Positions 1 to 12,101 of a DNA stretch of 64,000 bases are shown piece after piece. This DNA is from Entomortierella parvispora E1425. Its lineage: Eukaryota > Fungi > Mortierellomycota. Made by a program: the position numbers and the translations under genes. The notes beneath the pieces were generated by a model. The model was not told where the DNA came from. It saw nothing but the letters and a program-made list of their open reading frames with translations, and did no database searches. The stretch's first letter is position 1. The number at the start of each line of letters is the position of its first letter. The stretch lies in assembly GCA_020891255.1 (NCBI GenBank), contig BQFW01000006.1, forward strand, positions 1,550,001 through 1,614,000. The letters run 5' to 3'.

Positions 1-540
1 ATGGGAAAGAATTGCAGACATGTCGCCAACTGCCAAAAAAAAAAAAAGCCGATTTGGGGTGGTCTATCAGTCCTCCATCGTTCACCCCTGCAGAACCTTG
101 ACTGTGGCCAAAAATTCGGGTCTGTGTCACTTTCGACGCCTTGCTTTTTTACCCGAGCGCCTCTCCCCATTTTTGCTAGTTTTGGCTGCCAATTCCTGGA
201 AAATGGCCTTCTATTGTCGGTAGGGGGTCAATGTTAACAGTGCCACCCCCGGATTTCCTCGGTGAATTGTTGACACCAAATTGTGGCCATGGTTTTTATT
301 TTGGTTTATTCCTGGTCCAGTTCGTGTGTCTATGAACCAAATTGAGGGCAAGAACCCCAACCCCGCATGTTGGAGAGGACGAGCAGTTTGGCGACTTGTC
401 TGTGTTCTTTCCAATGACGATCGCCTACCGTGGGGGATTACTCAATTGAGGCGAGTTCTTGCAGCAAAAGGCATCTGTTGGTCGAACTTGAAGAAGGCTC
501 CCGTCAGGAGCAGCATCGAGAAAGAACAAAATGAGCGTAG

Positions 541-580
541 AAAGGAAAAAAAAGAAAAAAAAAAAAAAAAAAAAAAAAAA
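541..580 (+). repeat. Long poly(A) tract, one of many intergenic/intronic A/T homopolymers in the window
   Basis: About 40 nt of nearly pure A; similar tracts near 5538, 9581, 27717, 40888 and 55839. Confidence 0.9.
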
Positions 581-1745
581 GAGGTAACGAGGGACATTCA
601 TGTCCAGACCATGACTGCGGTGACTGAGCACAAGCGTGCGGTTCTCTGAGCAACAAAATGAATGACATGACACAGGAGGAGCATCACGATTGCCCCTTCA
701 CCCCGGGTCGTTCGCCTCTAGTCACCGTCCAAAGCAATAGGTCGACCCTTCTAACCTCCACCTACAAATGTTCAGCTTACTTCAATGGCCAGGATCTCAA
801 AGGTGAGACGGCTGAACTCGATAGGACTTTTCGTTGCTCTGTTCCTTGTCTCTTCGAGGCCGAAGTCAGGGGGATTTTTTTTTCTTGGCCGGCACAGTTG
901 AGGGCACTCCTATTGAACCTTTCATGGGCCTGCTCCAGGGACTCTGCTCTAACATGGTCAAATACCTGCCTGCTTTTGCGGAGTCATAGTACTGGAAGGA
1001 GGAGCAGTAAGGAAGAGGGAGAGGATAGAAGGAGGGCAGAGAGAGCAAAGGAATCCTCCTTTGACTACGCAGTGACGGACGCGTTCCTTCTCGAATCTCT
1101 GTCTCTCTTTCCTGTCGACGTGACAAGCATCTGTCAAACATGCTGAATACCTACTCTGATTGTCTCTACTGCTATACGGCATGGCCTCCTGGGTACAAGG
1201 CGCGGGCGCAGGAGGGGAGCACGTCGTTCCAACCAATCAGAGAGCAGGCAACACATAGATTCGCTTTTTCTGAATTCTTCTCAGAAAAAGCGAGTCGGGA
1301 TTGCATTTCAAAGAGCTGAATCGACAGGGACAAGGAGACGCAGATCATGTTTAATGTTTTATTCGGAAAACTCTCTCACACTCTCTCTTTCATCACCAGG
1401 CAAAGACATTTGGGCTGGTGGGGCGGGGGGTTATTTTTGATATCCCAGTCATGAGCGGAAAGGGAGATAAAACGAGGTATTCGTGAATCGAACTCCCATT
1501 TGAGCAAAAAGAGAGATTCCTAGTTGTTGTCAGAGTAGCCGTGGATCGTACATCTCCACAGTGTCGTGGAAACATCCCGTCATAAGCTGATCGTATTATC
1601 CGCAAAGGGATTTGTCTCTCTTGGAGCTTGACCGTCGACGACAATAAGAGAGATGAGCTTCACCAACAGACTGCTGATGTGTTGCCGAAAACAAGATGAC
1701 GAAGGGGTAAAGAGGCTAACCCCACAAGGCCTGCTGTCAGAACTC

Positions 1746-4700
1746 TCACTCGACTCCAAGACGGTCCCGCACAAACTCTGTGACAGATGGTAGTAACCTC
1801 TCTGCTGTTCCCAGAATGATGCTCAAATCCGCAGATTCCAGGCCAAGTTGCTGGAATGTAGCCTGCGGACTAAGAGGGACACTGTGTGGATGTGTTTTTG
1901 AATCATCGTCCTCGGTCCCGATGGTTGTGTTCTCTAAAGTGCCTTTGCCGTCTGATATCCGCGCCTGTCGCTCCATTTTCTCCGCCATGCCAACCCTAAA
2001 CAAAAAGTGAAGAAAGTATATAAATTGACCGCTATGACAGACAAAGCAGAAGCGACAGGCATCCAGTCTCCAGGAAATATAAAAAGAGAACTTGAACTTA
2101 CCCTTCCTTCCTGACAAACTTCACTAAGGTGAGAGCCTTCTTCACTAGACCTCTTCGCCATTGTCGGACATATCCCTCTCGCATCTCGAATGGTAGTCCA
2201 ACCGCACATCGAACAAGGTTCTCCACCATGGGCGCAGCACTCGAAACGGATTTCACAACCTTTTGCCCCTTCCATTCGATACTGGTCCAGCTGTTTTCCC
2301 GTCTTGCCCCCCAGAATCCACCTGCATCTGATCCTGTGTACCTCTGAAAACTTTGCGGAGGTATGGATCCTTGGTACAAATACCCCGTCTGGTTCGAAGC
2401 GTTCCATGCAAAGATTCTGCTAACAGACCGATCAATGACACATCGTGTTTGCTCCCGCCTGTACTCTGATCGAAGAGCGGTATACTTTGGAAATCGCTCT
2501 GTCTGTTCCACTTTACAATTAACCGTATCCACTATGGTGGTCGGAAATGGTGATGAAAGAATATGGTATAGTCGGCCATTCCGGTCCACCTTACGGTAAG
2601 GCAATCCTGTCTCTTCGTCAATCGCCTGTCCTGCTGAGCTCTGTTGTTGCTTTCCTATGCTTGGGGTGTAGATCCCTTGCAAAAATAGATCCGGCAGATA
2701 CCGATGTTGTTTTCGTGCATGACATGATTTTGCTCTGTCCTCTGGCGACAGGAATAGCGCCAAGGTATTGATCATCTGGAAAAGAAAAAAAAGCAATCAA
2801 GAACGAGAGAAGAGCGATCTTGTGTTAATACATCTGCTTGTGAGTTTAAACGAGGTATTGCAGGATCTGCTGCCTTACCATGTTCATAATGGTGATATTA
2901 TTGCCGACCACCACAGTCGACGAATTTGTCTGCAGATGCGACGTTATCGCTCTGCAAATGAACTCCCGTCCAAAAACCTGGTCGCCTTCTCGTCCGAGAG
3001 CAATATGGCTGACTTTTGCGCCTTCTATGGCCATTGCTACCGCTTCCATTGTCATGACATCCTCAACAAAAGGCACCAAATGTTCTTCTGCAAACAATTC
3101 CAGTGCCGTGTTCAACCGCTGTTGGCAAGTACCAATGAAACAAAACATCGAGAATGATCAGAAAAGTCCAGATTGAAAAAAAGACAGCCAGGTGAAGTCC
3201 TAGAAAAACGCGCTACTCACCAGCCCAGCGCGAAGTCCGCGGAGAATCTCAATTAGCACCGGCGCGTGATCGGACATTATACTGAAAAATCCCGAAAAGT
3301 TTTGTAGGTAGACCAAGGGGACCACGAAACTGAGGACGAATTTGGTTGACATGGCTAGTGTTCCAGTGGTGATTCCCAATGTTGTGCTGCCATATGAGCA
3401 ATTGTCAGCCATGGATGGATTTGCGGTATAGAGATATGATAGGGCAAGAAGACCTATGTCATATGGTATGAGCGATATAGAGTGTGAGTTGCAAAAAGAT
3501 TTGGGAGATGAAAAGATGAGATGGACACCATCGCAAGGCATTCTGTGGCACGGAGAAAGAGGGATTGTTACCTTCTTCTTGCAGGACAACCATCTTTGTC
3601 TCCACAGCATCCGTTGTCCGCATCACCTCTCCGTTCAGGATCTGCTTAGCCAACTGACTCAATGTTGACTCGTCGGGACAGCCCACCCGAGGGGTCCAGA
3701 TCTGTTTGTACGAAATGAAAGAGTGTTTGTACCACCATAACATTAAGACTGTTAATACAAGTCCACCACTGGTCGGGTCAGGTTACATCAGCGGACACAG
3801 GTACTCCAGCCCTCTCCCTCCTCCCCTCTCGGGGTCAGGGAGTTTTAAAAAAGATGAGTATGGTCCGTTGCGCCCTTACCTGTTCAATGCGGGGCCCCAC
3901 GAGATTGGACCAATACACAGACATGACCGCCAAAAAGAACCCATTTTCAGGCAGACAGTGGGAGCGATTTTCCGTCGCGGTGGGGGTACTTGGTAGCGAG
4001 ATGGACTCGAATGGCGTGCTAAGAGGCAATCCAATGGCGACAGCCTCCAAATCTCGATCCTTGTGCGGTGAGACTGGGGCCGAGGCTATTGAAAGAGTCG
4101 ACGACAAGGGTGGTGCAAGAATGGTGAACTTTGAGGCAAGTTGCTGAGTGGATGCCTTCTTCCTAGGGGCTATTATTTTAGCGCAGAAGAACAGACGACG
4201 TGAGGATCATGGTGCACAAGAATGAAAAGGAGGTCAAAACAACGACGATGACGAATAGCCTCTGCCACAGACACACACACACACAGCCTGCCAGACACAG
4301 GGCAGGAAGAACAAAAGCATGGCAAAAAAAAAAGGTCAACAATAATAGCGCACGCATCACTGCATGCATGGCGCTTCCCGCCTTCTTCCTTACCTCCACC
4401 AGATATGGGCCCACCTTCCTCCGCGGCCACGCTCTTCAGGGCCAGAAGCGCCTTCCGTCCTGCTTCTGCGCCCATGGACGTGACCACTTTGGACGATCCC
4501 GATGTGCTGGGCGCTCCCTTGCCTGCCTTTGTGATTTTACTCGACGATTTGCTGGACGAATGTCCGTCGTCGTGCTCCCACAACCCCCAAATGGTCCCAT
4601 GGCCTTTTTCTTCCTTGGGCGTGACCAAGTAAGGCTGGACAGGCTGACCTTTGTGTTTGGAGAGCGTCGAAGGGTTGGAAGAGGAGGTGGAGGCGGGGGC

Positions 4701-5267
4701 AGCTAGATCCGAAGACGCCTTCAAAGTGGTAGAGCTAGAGGATGGTCCAGGAGTTGCAGGCACGAGGTTCAGCGTTGGAGGACTCGCGATCGAAGCTGCC
4801 CTGGTATTGACTTGAAGTTGAAGCTGGGTTGCAAGCATGGCGGGAAACTGCGCCTGTGCCTGGGAGAGTGCCCCAACAGGGAGACTCTGAGGCGGTGATG
4901 TACGGCTTGTGGTAGAACTGCTCGCGACCGTGTTGGTCGTGGTCGTGGTCGTGGTCGTGGTTGTAGTCGAGGATGCGGCCGTGGTGGCCGTGGTGGTCAA
5001 CGGGCCAGTGTTCGTGGTCGTAGAGGATGGGGCTCTGGGGCTGGCAAGGGAATGCGGTGGTCCTGCAGATGAATGAGGGTCGCCTTTGACATGACTGACT
5101 CCGTTTCCGTTTCCGTTTCCGTTGCCATGGCCATTGCTCCTGTCGTGGGGAAGGCGTTCTGGGGTATCATACACTGCTGGATTGGGGACATGGTCATGTG
5201 CGGCAGCTGTAGCAGAAGCTGCATGGGCGGGTGTTGACCCTTGGGCATCCTCTCCATGACCTGACAT
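1746..5267 (-). CDS. C9orf72: C9orf72-like DENN/longin-domain protein with long low-complexity N-terminal extension (6 exons reconstructed; a further 3' exon is possible)
   Basis: Spliced translation gives FFLAVMSVYWSNLVGPRIEQIW, QILNGEVMRTT, AITSHLQTNSSTVVVG, MINTLALFLSPEDR, YLPDLFLQG, KKALTLVKFV and DLSIILGTAERLLP. These are collinear with remembered human C9orf72 segments (YWDNILGPRVRHIW, HTLNGEILRN, AISSHLQTCGCSVVVG, LCLFLTPAER, YESGLFVQG, RKALTLIKYI, DLNIIMALAEKIKP). GT-AG junctions keep the frame; exon 1 is 5267-4394 and exon 2 is 4169-3880. Confidence 0.88.
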
Positions 5268-5767
5268 TCATGTGAATCGTCCTCGCGTCGCCCTTTGTGG
5301 TCTTGGTGAGCGCGGGTCGATGCTGATCCCTCCTGACTATAGTTTGTCGACACGAGCCTAGAGAGTGGAAGAGTAGCGGAAAGAGATGCAGAAAGAAGAA
5401 AGTCGATGATGGTGCGTGCGAGTATATGTGTGCGTGTGTGCGTATGTGTGCGGGGAGAGGAACAAATGGATGAAGGGATGAACAAAGTAAAGGGACAGAA
5501 TGGATGGATGAATGAATGAATGAATGAATGGAAGGTCAAAAAAAAAAAAAAAAAAAAAAAAAAGAGTGACCCCAGCAAACCCTTTCTTTTCCCTGGCTCA
5601 AGCGGGACAAACGCTCTATCCTTTTCTGCCTTCATTTGACCATCTCTCCCACGCGTCCCCCTTCCTTCCCCAAACAATGCCAACGACATTTTGAGTGGTT
5701 CCTCTTCCCTGGCCCGTCTTTCTTCTGTGCAATCTTGTTTTATTGGACACCTGTGGCCTCTTCGTCT

Positions 5768-7205
5768 TTAGATCAACGACACCTTAGTTCTCGCTAGCCC
5801 TCCGTGATAGTTCTTGATCGGCAGCGGTGCCCGTTGTAGCCGTCGAAATGCCTCTCGGATGTGGCGTGGCTGCAGTGGACTCTGCTCGCTCGGCGGCAGC
5901 GAGAACAGTCCTGGTATATCTTCATCCACATCCATCTCGCTCCCATCTGAGCCTTCTTCCTTGAGACCACCGTTGCCGTCGCCTGAGGCCCCGCCCTTGT
6001 CATCCTCTCCACCTCCGCCTCCTCTGTTCTTGTTCCTGGCCGCTACGACCGCTTCCCGATAGAGTCGCTGTTTCTCATCCTCTTCCTTCTTGACCTTCAG
6101 CGCCGCCTCGGTCAATGTCGTGACCATCTCAAAGGTCAAGAATCCCAAGATATCGATAATATCGTCGTTGGGCCTCATATCAATGTAGGCAGACATGTTG
6201 GCCCATTCACGAAACCTCTTTGCCTTCCTGTACGTGAAGGACGCCTGTCGACATTCACTGTAATGTTCGTATTCTTCCCTTGTCATCGCCACTGTAATCC
6301 TGTCTGCATCCTAAAGACATTCATGAATAAAAAAAGATATTAATATTAAGGCACCAAATTGCTTCCTTATGCCATGAGACACGCATCTCTTACCCTAAGA
6401 CGTTGCATCGAGTCCAAGTATGCATCCTCATCATCATCATCGTCCTCATCATCCTCTCCTGTCGTTCCCATGGCATCCGCAAAGGCATTCAGCAACTCCC
6501 AGCTCAGCTTGACTCGCATCCTCCGTGCCTTATTCACGGGCGCCACGCCCACTGCATTCTTCCCACCTGGGCCACCTCCATTGCCATCTCCAGGACCTCC
6601 CTTGCCATCATGGGCTGCTGCTGCGACGTCAATCCCAACATCATCTGCTCCTGTGCCTCCTGCTCCTTCCGACGAATCTTTGACGTTCTTGCGGACATCC
6701 TTCCAAGAGAGATAGGTTCGGAGTCGGTTAACCTTGGGTCGATCGTGGCGGATCAAAAAGATGAGATCCTCCGGTGACATGAATCGGGAGCCTCTTTTCC
6801 GCGCCTGTTGTGCTGCTAGACATATCTATGATATTGTGGAAAGTCAGAGAAAAAGACAACGACCGATTGTCAGACAGACCTTCAGCAGACGGTAAGACTC
6901 GCTCATGTCTGACAACCACTCCACAACGCGACTTGGATTTACAATTTCAATGACCTGCGACCGAACAATGTCTTCCACCAGCATTGTTGTGACTTGAATG
7001 GCATCAGAGACTTCTCCGAAAACAAACATCATTTGCTGGATTTCGCTCTGGTAGCGATACCTTGATTTGTCCTTTTCCTTGTCTTTGTCCTAATGAAATG
7101 CAGTTGCATTAGAGAGCAAGGAGTGAGTCACTTGCAGCGAATGACTATTTGTTGAAGTTGTTCCGAGTCGTGATGCGAGGAATAGATGTCAAAACATACT
7201 GCCAT
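5768..7205 (-). CDS. SPT3: SAGA complex subunit Spt3
   Basis: YQSEIQQMMFVFGEV, PEDLIFLIRHDRPKVNRLRTYLSWKDVRKN, MTREEYEHYSECRQASFTYRKAKRFREW and LQPRHIREAFRRLQ are Spt3 motifs. The first exon is 6 nt (ATG GCA, 7205-7200). Confidence 0.95.
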
Positions 7206-7596
7206 GGGAAATTGGTTCCTGGATGTGTGGTGTTAATGGATGGATGGATGTATATGAATGGCTCAAAGCTCAAAAAAGAGGAAAGTCAAGTTTGGTGGCG
7301 CTCTACACGTGATTTTCGAGGTTGGCAATCGAACTATTTTTTTTTTTTATTTTTTTTGTTGGCTATGGTACACATGTACAGGACAAAGAGTCGGGCGAAG
7401 AAGAAAAAGAGGAACGGTCGTAGACTATTGTACAAATGTGGAGGATGCGAGGAGTAGGTTTTGATATAATGAACAGGTCGACAAGTCGAGAATAAAGGCT
7501 GGATATAGTGGTCTTTCGTCACGAAAAAAGAGAAGAAATTCCATGTCGAAGGGGCGGTGTGGCGCACACAAGCGTGAAGCAGAGTTGGCTAAACAC

Positions 7597-9820
7597 TTAC
7601 TGTGAATGTCCATTGTGGCCCATCGAAATAAAGTGGTGTCGAGTGGATGTGGAGAGGCTCCGAAGGTCCGTCTCGGAAAGAAGAGTGCAGCGGTAGCGGA
7701 TCATACCATCGCGAAGGTCGTCCACAATGTCTTCCTGATCAAAGGAATCATCGTCGAAACGGAACTTGTCAAAGGTGTTGATACCATCGAACTGGCCACC
7801 AAAGATTTCTTTTTGGTAATGGTCTCTGTAGTGGCTGCGGGGGCGCGAGACATACTGACGATCGATGTGAATACGACCGCCACGGCCAACGCGCTTGCGG
7901 TAGGACATGAAGCGTCCAGTCCGTTGGAGGGGCGCGTGTGGCATGACTCTGTAGAACTGTTGAGCGTAAGGCGAGAGGAGCTGCTGGTTTGGATTCTAAA
8001 TGTCATAAAAGAAAGAGGGGGGGCAAATGTCAGAATTGTGGGATCGAAGGTAACAACCAATGATATCAAAGAGGTCGTAGAAAAACTTACGTCTGTGAGG
8101 TCTTCCCAGCCAATATCCTCTTCCTTGCGCTTGGCAAGCTCGGCCTCGATGCTGGAAAGTGCAGAGCGGTCTTTTCTGGGGTCGTCCTGAGAGGAGGCAT
8201 CGCGATCTTTGAAGTTGAGAGGAATGCGGATCGTCGCACTGGACTCTCCCGATTTTCTGATCTTCTTCTTTTGGTGATGGTCGTCCTCTTCGTCCTTGAT
8301 ACCAAGGTTTCTCTTAATCTCGCGGACCTTTCCTCTTTGATTGAAGATCATGTGCTCCAGGATTAAAGACTCCTTGCGGACCTTTTCACGACGGGACACC
8401 ATCTCCAACAGACTGCGGGCGCTTTCCATCTCCATGCGCAGCTTGCGCAACTTCTCGATAGAGGCCATATCGGCGCGACGCGTCTTGCGCATAGGCTTGC
8501 TCTCACGACGACGGAAACAAAGGTACGGATCGGACTCGTTTCTCATGACTTCCTCAAACTACAGCATACGATTGTTCCCATATTAGTAAATAAGATACAG
8601 GGGCAAACTAGTATAGATACAACTGGAGTTTGGGTTTACCTTTAGCTGAGGCGTAATGACCTTGCCTCCTCTTGTGGTCCTTCTTTCGTGCCACCAAGGA
8701 TAGACAGACGCCGCAATGTTCTTGATACTGGACAGTGATGGAGCAGTGAATGTCTGCCTCAGATCATCAAATGACGGGATCTGGCCGCTGTCCTGTAGTC
8801 GGGAGGAAAGATGTTACAAGTCAGGTCAGAAAGTGCTCGAAAGCTAGAGGACATGCAATTCAGTAGCTTGACGATATAGAGGCAACAACTTACAAGCTGG
8901 AGATATGGCACACGCTCGTTTGTAATCTTTTCAAACTGCCACATGATCATCTCAAAGTGGTCCTCGTCCAGCTTTGCGTCGGCAGACTGTTTGACATTGA
9001 ATTCCTTGAGCCACTTCTCATCATCGTCGTCCATATTGTAAGGACATCCCATACAATCCTCGACCGTAGACGAGAATCGGATCAGGGTCGATGGCTCAGT
9101 GAAGGGACGGCTGTAGAATTGTCTGTAGTTCTCAATCTTTCGACTGGCATCGGGCGTTGGAATATAGAGAGCTGTGGCCTCGCCAGTTGTTGTTGAGAGA
9201 TTAGAAGCAGAGATGGCGGCTTGCAAGTGATGTTCCTAGAAAGACGTCAAAGGGAATAGGAAGTCAGTGGGCGCGTCGAGCTTGTGTACGTAGCATTCTC
9301 GTACGTATAAGAGCAGTATCCAGGGGTCCAAGATACAACGAAGAAGAATATGGAAGGCGATGGAAGGCTTGCCGGCTCACAGCTGTAACAGCTGTGGGCA
9401 GCCGAGCTGTGTGCGATCGGTCTGATAGAAAGGGTCGAAAGAAATGCAAGTGAAGGTCTGCCAAGAGGCAAGAAAAGCAACAGACATGGACAAGGGCAAT
9501 ATCGCCGTCTGCACAGTTGACATCAAAAGCATATCTGTCACTGCGACGTGCATCCACTTTGGGACAAAAAAAATGGCGGCAAAAAAAAAAAAAAAAAAAA
9601 AAAAAAAGGGGGGAAAAAGTGAACCTGGGCCAAGCCTGACGAGGGAGGGAGAACATACCGTTTCTTCTTCCTTGTCAACACCAGTCTCTGTTTGAGGGAT
9701 GCTTCGCTGCAGGTTCAGCGACTCATCAAGATCAGGAATGTCGACTGCCTTGTAGACACGCAGCAGCTGCTTATTGTTGATCTTGCGGGTCCTGAAGCGG
9801 GCGCCCACATTGGACTTCAT
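7597..9820 (-). CDS. EPL1: Enhancer of polycomb-like NuA4 subunit
   Basis: RFRTRKI...TGVDKEEE|EHHLQAAIS, YNMDDDDEKWL, DPYLCFRRRE and RKRVGRGGRIHIDR motifs; 5 exons joined by GT-AG. The exact 3' end is uncertain because a possible donor overlaps the stop at 7597. Confidence 0.93.
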
Positions 9821-10806
9821 CTTGCTTCAGATGAAAATAAGGGTCTTTCGAGGCGTAGCGGGAGTGTGAAAGGTGGGGCAAGAAGCGCGGCAAATAAATC
9901 TTTGCGAGGCGTTAAGGGGATAAATTCCGTTATTGCCTTGCAGAATGGACCCGAGTCAACACTGAAAAAAATTTGCGCAGAGGGAAAAAGAGGGGGAACC
10001 GCTGCGGACAGATGAGGGATCGAGATTCTTTCGCTTGAGGATGCGAGTCAAAGTGATTAGGAATGAAGGGATGATGTTTAGATGGATGATGATGAGAAAG
10101 ATGTGCTGCAGAGATGTGAATTAATAATCGATGCCGAATGATGGGGTGGAAGGGTGTGTACGATCAGGCCAAAGGCGCTGGCGGCAGAAGTGGTTGCTGT
10201 TGGGAGTTCGTTTTTTGTACGGCGAAAAAATTTTCTTGGTGGGACTCTTCAAAGGAGCTCCTTTTTGGAGGTCGTCGACTTGGAAACGGGGCTGGGCGGG
10301 ACGAGAAACAGGTTTTGATCACGTGATAACTTTTAATGGCGAATCATCCATCGACGCGTGCCTTCTAAGAGCACAGCGCGACCTCGCAGCCCAAGGGTAA
10401 GCGCGAATAAGTGGAAGTATTCACTGACGATAGAGGGTAGCGCAAATCTAGAACAACAAGCTCTGTGGTAAAAGAAAAAGGAACGCCTTAAGAAATGATA
10501 AAAGGAAAAAAAAAAATGGAAAAGGTGACAGGACTTATCCTGTAAAACCAAGAGTCTGCGCTGCCACCCATGTCTGCACTTCACGCTCATACACTGCTAT
10601 TCAAGTTCACGAGTAAGGCTTAGTTGAACTCGTGGTGCGGTCGAGTTCCCAAGATTGCCGGTGTATCCCAAAACGCGTCCATAGCACGCTATAATAGTTT
10701 TATTCCTCTTCAAAGATGGCCATCGATTCCACTCAATCTCAAATAGCACCCTGTGTTCTTTCTACGTTCAAACTATTGGTAAACGCATCATTTTAGCTAC
10801 CTGGAC

Positions 10807-11289
10807 TCACAAAACAGGCACCCCTTCATCAGAACTTGAAGACAACTTTGCCCTACCTTGAAGCAAGGTGTGCGCCTTGCCATCAAGATACTGAAGACAG
10901 CTGCCAGTATAGACACCCGCGGGATCGCCAGTCTCATGGTGCTGGCAGTATTTTGTGTCTGTTTCCGAGTCAACCCACAATGGGGTAGGGCCCTGTTCTG
11001 TCAACTCGCAGTGGCTGTGTGCTCGGCCACATGGCGCGTCAATGAGATCACAGACACAATTGGCGTTGTTGTAACATCCTATTGCTCTTGCGCTACAGCA
11101 GTCAACGTCGAGGAGCGTAAGCTGTGGAACACTTGACGGGCACAAAACATTGTCACTTGGTCCGCACTTGCAGTAATCAGCGCAGGCCGCAAACTTTCCG
11201 CCGCCACAGGTCATCTTCCATTCTGGCTTTGCAACTGCATGGCTCACCAACGCGGTCGCGACCAATATCAACGGAAAGATTTTCATCAT
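10807..11289 (-). CDS. Small secreted cysteine-rich protein (160 aa, 14 Cys), unknown family
   Basis: Intronless ORF with a signal-peptide-like N-terminus (MMKIFPLILVATALVSHAVA), 14 Cys, and an upstream TATAAATA. Confidence 0.8.
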   Translation of the reverse strand: MMKIFPLILVATALVSHAVAKPEWKMTCGGGKFAACADYCKCGPSDNVLCPSSVPQLTLLDVDCCSARAIGCYNNANCVCDLIDAPCGRAHSHCELTEQGPTPLWVDSETDTKYCQHHETGDPAGVYTGSCLQYLDGKAHTLLQGRAKLSSSSDEGVPVL

Positions 11290-11458
11290 GATTGGCTGGT
11301 TGAAGACGGGAAACGTTGAACTTTGGTCAGTAGAGGAACCAAGGTCAGTAGATTACACGAGAAAGACGGCTATTACTTGAGCTTACTTTGAATGGAAGAA
11401 GAGAAGGAGAAGGTGGAACTTGAAATGAACATTTGGGGTGGAGGGATGGTTCAAGCAC

Positions 11459-11466
11459 TATTTATA
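11459..11466 (-). promoter_or_regulatory. Candidate TATA box of the secreted Cys-rich gene
   Basis: TATAAATA on the minus strand about 170 nt upstream of the ATG at 11289. Confidence 0.5.
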
Positions 11467-12101
11467 CCTAAAGAGGTGGGTCGCAAAAGTCGACGCGAGC
11501 CCTGTCCATCTGTTCCCAGGTGTTTATTGATTAGGGAACACAGCGACTTGTGACAGTTTGCCCACAAAAAGAAGACGAACCAACAGAAATAAAACTCTGC
11601 TTTTGTGAGTCTGCGAGTCGGAACACTTTCCTGCATTCAACCGCTCTCATGGCCCCATATGCCCGGATGGTCGTACCGAAGAGACTGTGCCCTCCACAAA
11701 AAAAAAAAAAAAAAAGACGAATGTCTCCGCCCCTGCTGGGCAGAACCCTCGATTCCGACGTCTGACAGGCCAAACCTTTGAAGATGGTCAAAGCTTCTCT
11801 TCGAGGACAGCCCATTAAAGGAACGCCTCCTGGGAACAGAGGCAGCCCTGGCCACTTGACCTACCACTGACCACATGGAAATCAATAGTTCACCCACAAT
11901 GGTTTTTCCTCACCAACCGCCAGATCCTTTGCATTGTAGAGCTCAGTGTAACGCGTATGCTGCGGAGTAGCAACATGCTTTATTTGTGTAGACAAAAGAC
12001 AAACAGATATTAAAATAAGAGTAAGATGGGCTTGGTAATAAATAGGATGTTAGATAGCAACGTATTCTCCCCCCTCGCGCTCAACACGTCTCCGTTCTTG
12101 T

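Noticed and set aside
1-1570. Several short ORFs (e.g. 658-1146 +)
   Set aside because: No recognisable motifs, homopolymer-derived poly-Lys, and no consistent splice model; treated as intergenic or regulatory.
4930-5125. Hexamer repeats inside the C9orf72 homolog, reminiscent of the human GGGGCC expansion
   Set aside because: They are short coding repeats (Thr-Thr, Gly-Asn) of different sequence and location, so the resemblance is coincidental.
7606-8190. 194-aa plus-strand ORF
   Set aside because: Antisense shadow of EPL1 coding exons.
10607-10635. 7-bp inverted repeat CACGAGT...ACTCGTG
   Set aside because: Too short to be distinguished from chance.
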